The notes under the pieces: model-generated | Seen by the model: the letters and a program-made list of their open reading frames with translations, nothing else | What the model was told of the DNA's origin: nothing | The model's database searches: none | Program-made: the position numbers and the translations under genes | Part shown: positions 61,461 to 64,000 of the stretch, in pieces | How the letters are laid out: the number at the start of each line of letters is the position of its first letter | How positions within the stretch are numbered: position 1 is the stretch's first letter | Origin: Malacoraja senta | Taxonomy: Eukaryota | NCBI GenBank assembly: GCA_038087875.1 | Contig: CM075992.1 | Span: 6,202,001-6,266,000, forward strand | DNA length: 64,000 bases | Direction: 5' to 3'

Positions 61461-64000
61461 TGTTGACAACTTCCGAAAGACCGGTAGACGCATTTCAAAG
61501 TCATCGGTCATTACCTCAATATGCAGCAATCTTGGGAAAGTCTGGGCTTGTCTTTCTGTACCAATCTAGCCCAGAAATCCATTTAATATATTTCTTATAT
61601 TATTAACATAATATAGCCTTATCAAATTGGCCCTCTGTAAACTGACCCCTAGTGTGCTGGGAGTGGTTGGGAAAGTGTAATATCAGGCAACTGATTCCAA
61701 TCCTTTCATCGGCAAGAGTGCGATCCTGAACTCCCACCTAAGCTCATTGGAGAGCTTTGAACTCTTTAATTAGTCTTCATTGGACTTCAATGGTATATTT
61801 TTGCACTAAATGTTACACCCTTTATCTCTGCACTGTGAACAGCTTGATTCCGTTCATGTACAGTTTTTGTCTTTCACTGGATGGCCCACAAACAAAATCT
61901 TTCCACTGTACCTCGATACATGTGACAATAATAAACCAAACATGGAACTTGTGTGTGAAAGGGTGATCGATGGTCAGCGTGGACCCGCTGGGCTGAAGGG
62001 TCTGTTAATAAGTTCTAGGAGGAGAATTAGGCCACTACCCCGCCATTCAATCAAGGCCGATCTATCTTCCCCTCTCAAACTCATTTTCCTGCCTTTTCCC
62101 CATAACCCTTGACGCCTGCACTAATGAAGGTAGACAAAAATGCTGGAGAAACTCAGCGGGTGAGGCAGCATCTATGGAGCGAAGGAAATAGGCAACGTTT
62201 CAGGTCGAAACCCTTCTTCAGACTCAATGTACTCAATTGTACTAATGAAGAATCTGCCAATCTCTGCTTTAAAAATATCCATTGACTTCACAGCCGTCTG
62301 TGGCAATGAGTTCCACAGATTCACCACTCTGTGACTAAAGAAATTCCTCTTCATCTCCTTTTATTCTGAGGCTGTGCCTTCTGGTCCTAGACTCTCCCAC
62401 CAGTGGAAACATCCTCTCCACAACCACTCTATCTATGCCTTTCATTATTCTGTAAGTTTCAATGAGGTCCCCCCTCAACCTTCTAAACAGTTTAGTTTCG
62501 AGATACAGAGTGGAAACAGGCCCTTCGACCCACCGAGTTCGCACTGACCAGCGATCCCCTACACACACTATGGACATTTGTTTTTACATTTATGCATTTA
62601 CACCAAGCCAATTGACCTACAAACCGGTTTAAGAAAGAACTGCAGATGCTGGTAAAATCGAAGGTAGACACAAAATGCTGGAGTATCTCAACGGGTGAGG
62701 CAGCTTCTATGGAGAACCTATAAACCTCTCCGTTTTTGGAGTGTGGGAGGAAACGGAAGGTCTCGGAGAAAACCCACTCGGGTCACGGGGAGAAAGTACA
62801 AACTCCGTACAGACGAGTAGCCGTAGTGAGAATGGAACCCGGGTCTCTGGTGCTGTGAGGCAGCAACTCCATCGCAGCTCCTGTCGCTATGCTTAAGGGC
62901 GGTCACGGTGGCGCAGCGGTAGAGTTCCTGCCTTACAGCGAATGCAGCGCTGGAGACCCGGGTTCGATCCCGACTACGGGCGCTGTCTTCACGGAGTTTG
63001 TACGTTCTCTCCCGTGACCTGCGTGGGTTTTCTCCGAGATCTACGGTTTCCTCCCGCACTCCAAAGACGTACAGGTTTGTAGGTAAATTGGCTTGGTAAA
63101 TGTAAAAATTGTCCCTAGTGTGTGTAGGATAGAGTTAATATGCGGGGATCTGTGGTCGGCACGGACCCGGTGGGCCGAAGGGCCTGTTTCCGAGCTGTAT
63201 CTCTAAACTAAACCTCCAAACTATATTTTTATTTTGTTCTACTCCCCCCTCCTCCTCCTCCTCCTCCTCCCTGCTCGCACATCCACTCCTAATCTGCACA
63301 GACATCCATTAGAGAGGGGCAAGGATTAGGCTAAACGTGTGTGTAGTCAAGCCTGTACATTTTCCCTGCTGCCAGCCTCTCGTACAGAACTGGGTCACCA
63401 CACATCAGAACAGTTGTTCACCCGTGTGCATCCTATCTCCGTAAGCACAACTATCCCCCTTGTTATTTTTATTCCCTGATTAAAATATTCATGAACCATG
63501 TCCATTTTAACCATTATTCCAATTTACCAGCTCAATTTTTCTAAAGTAACATTAATCTTTTACAAACGCTACCCGGATTCTGCGAAAGCCGTCTATAGTT
63601 CATTCATGGTGATGCGATGCGTGCTTGTATGGTGAAATGCAGCGCATAGAAGCTCAGGATCATAAATCGGGGGTAATGAGGAGAAGGCAGGAGAATTGGG
63701 TTAAGAGGGGGAGATAGATCAGCCGTGATTGAATGGCGGAACAGACTCGACGGGCCGAATGGCCTAATTCTGCCCCTGTCACTTATGAAGACCAAAGGAC
63801 GTTTGAGCAGAATAAGGCCATTCTGCCCATCGAGTCTGTTCCATAGATACATAGATACATAGAAAATAGGTGCAGGAGTAGGCCATTCGGCCCTTCGAGC
63901 CTGCACCGCCATTCAATACGATCATGGCTGATCATCCAACTCAGTATCCCGTACCTGCCTTCTCTCCATACCCCCTGATCCCTTTAGCCACAAGGGCCAC

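Overview
Repeat-dense vertebrate genomic DNA, most likely a cartilaginous fish (skate/ray; inferred from HE1-type V-SINEs and CR1/HER1-type tails). It contains two 200-N assembly gaps (24575-24774, 53187-53386). Nearly all of it is transposon-derived or simple repeat: about 30 tRNA-derived V-SINE copies, CR1 LINE fragments, Rex1/Babar, L2, Tx1, L1 and Vingi-like fragments, a Penelope remnant plus more than 20 dispersed Penelope 3'-tail copies, several TIR/TSD-bounded MITEs, a 25-bp satellite block (24.8-29.2 kb) and long TG/GA microsatellites. I recognise no host protein-coding gene by name. The best host-gene signal is a + strand exon at 56748-56829 ending gccATGGCG|gtgagt. Three structures stand out. 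(1) A 1174-bp TGT...ACA element with a 5-bp TSD that encloses an inside-out PPT-miniLTR-PBS(tRNA-Ser) cassette. (2) Hammerhead-ribozyme-like cores in the Penelope tails. (3) A satellite whose two unit types differ by a 4-bp loop inversion. All family names come from recognising motifs by eye, not from database searches, and repeat boundaries without a stated TSD are approximate.
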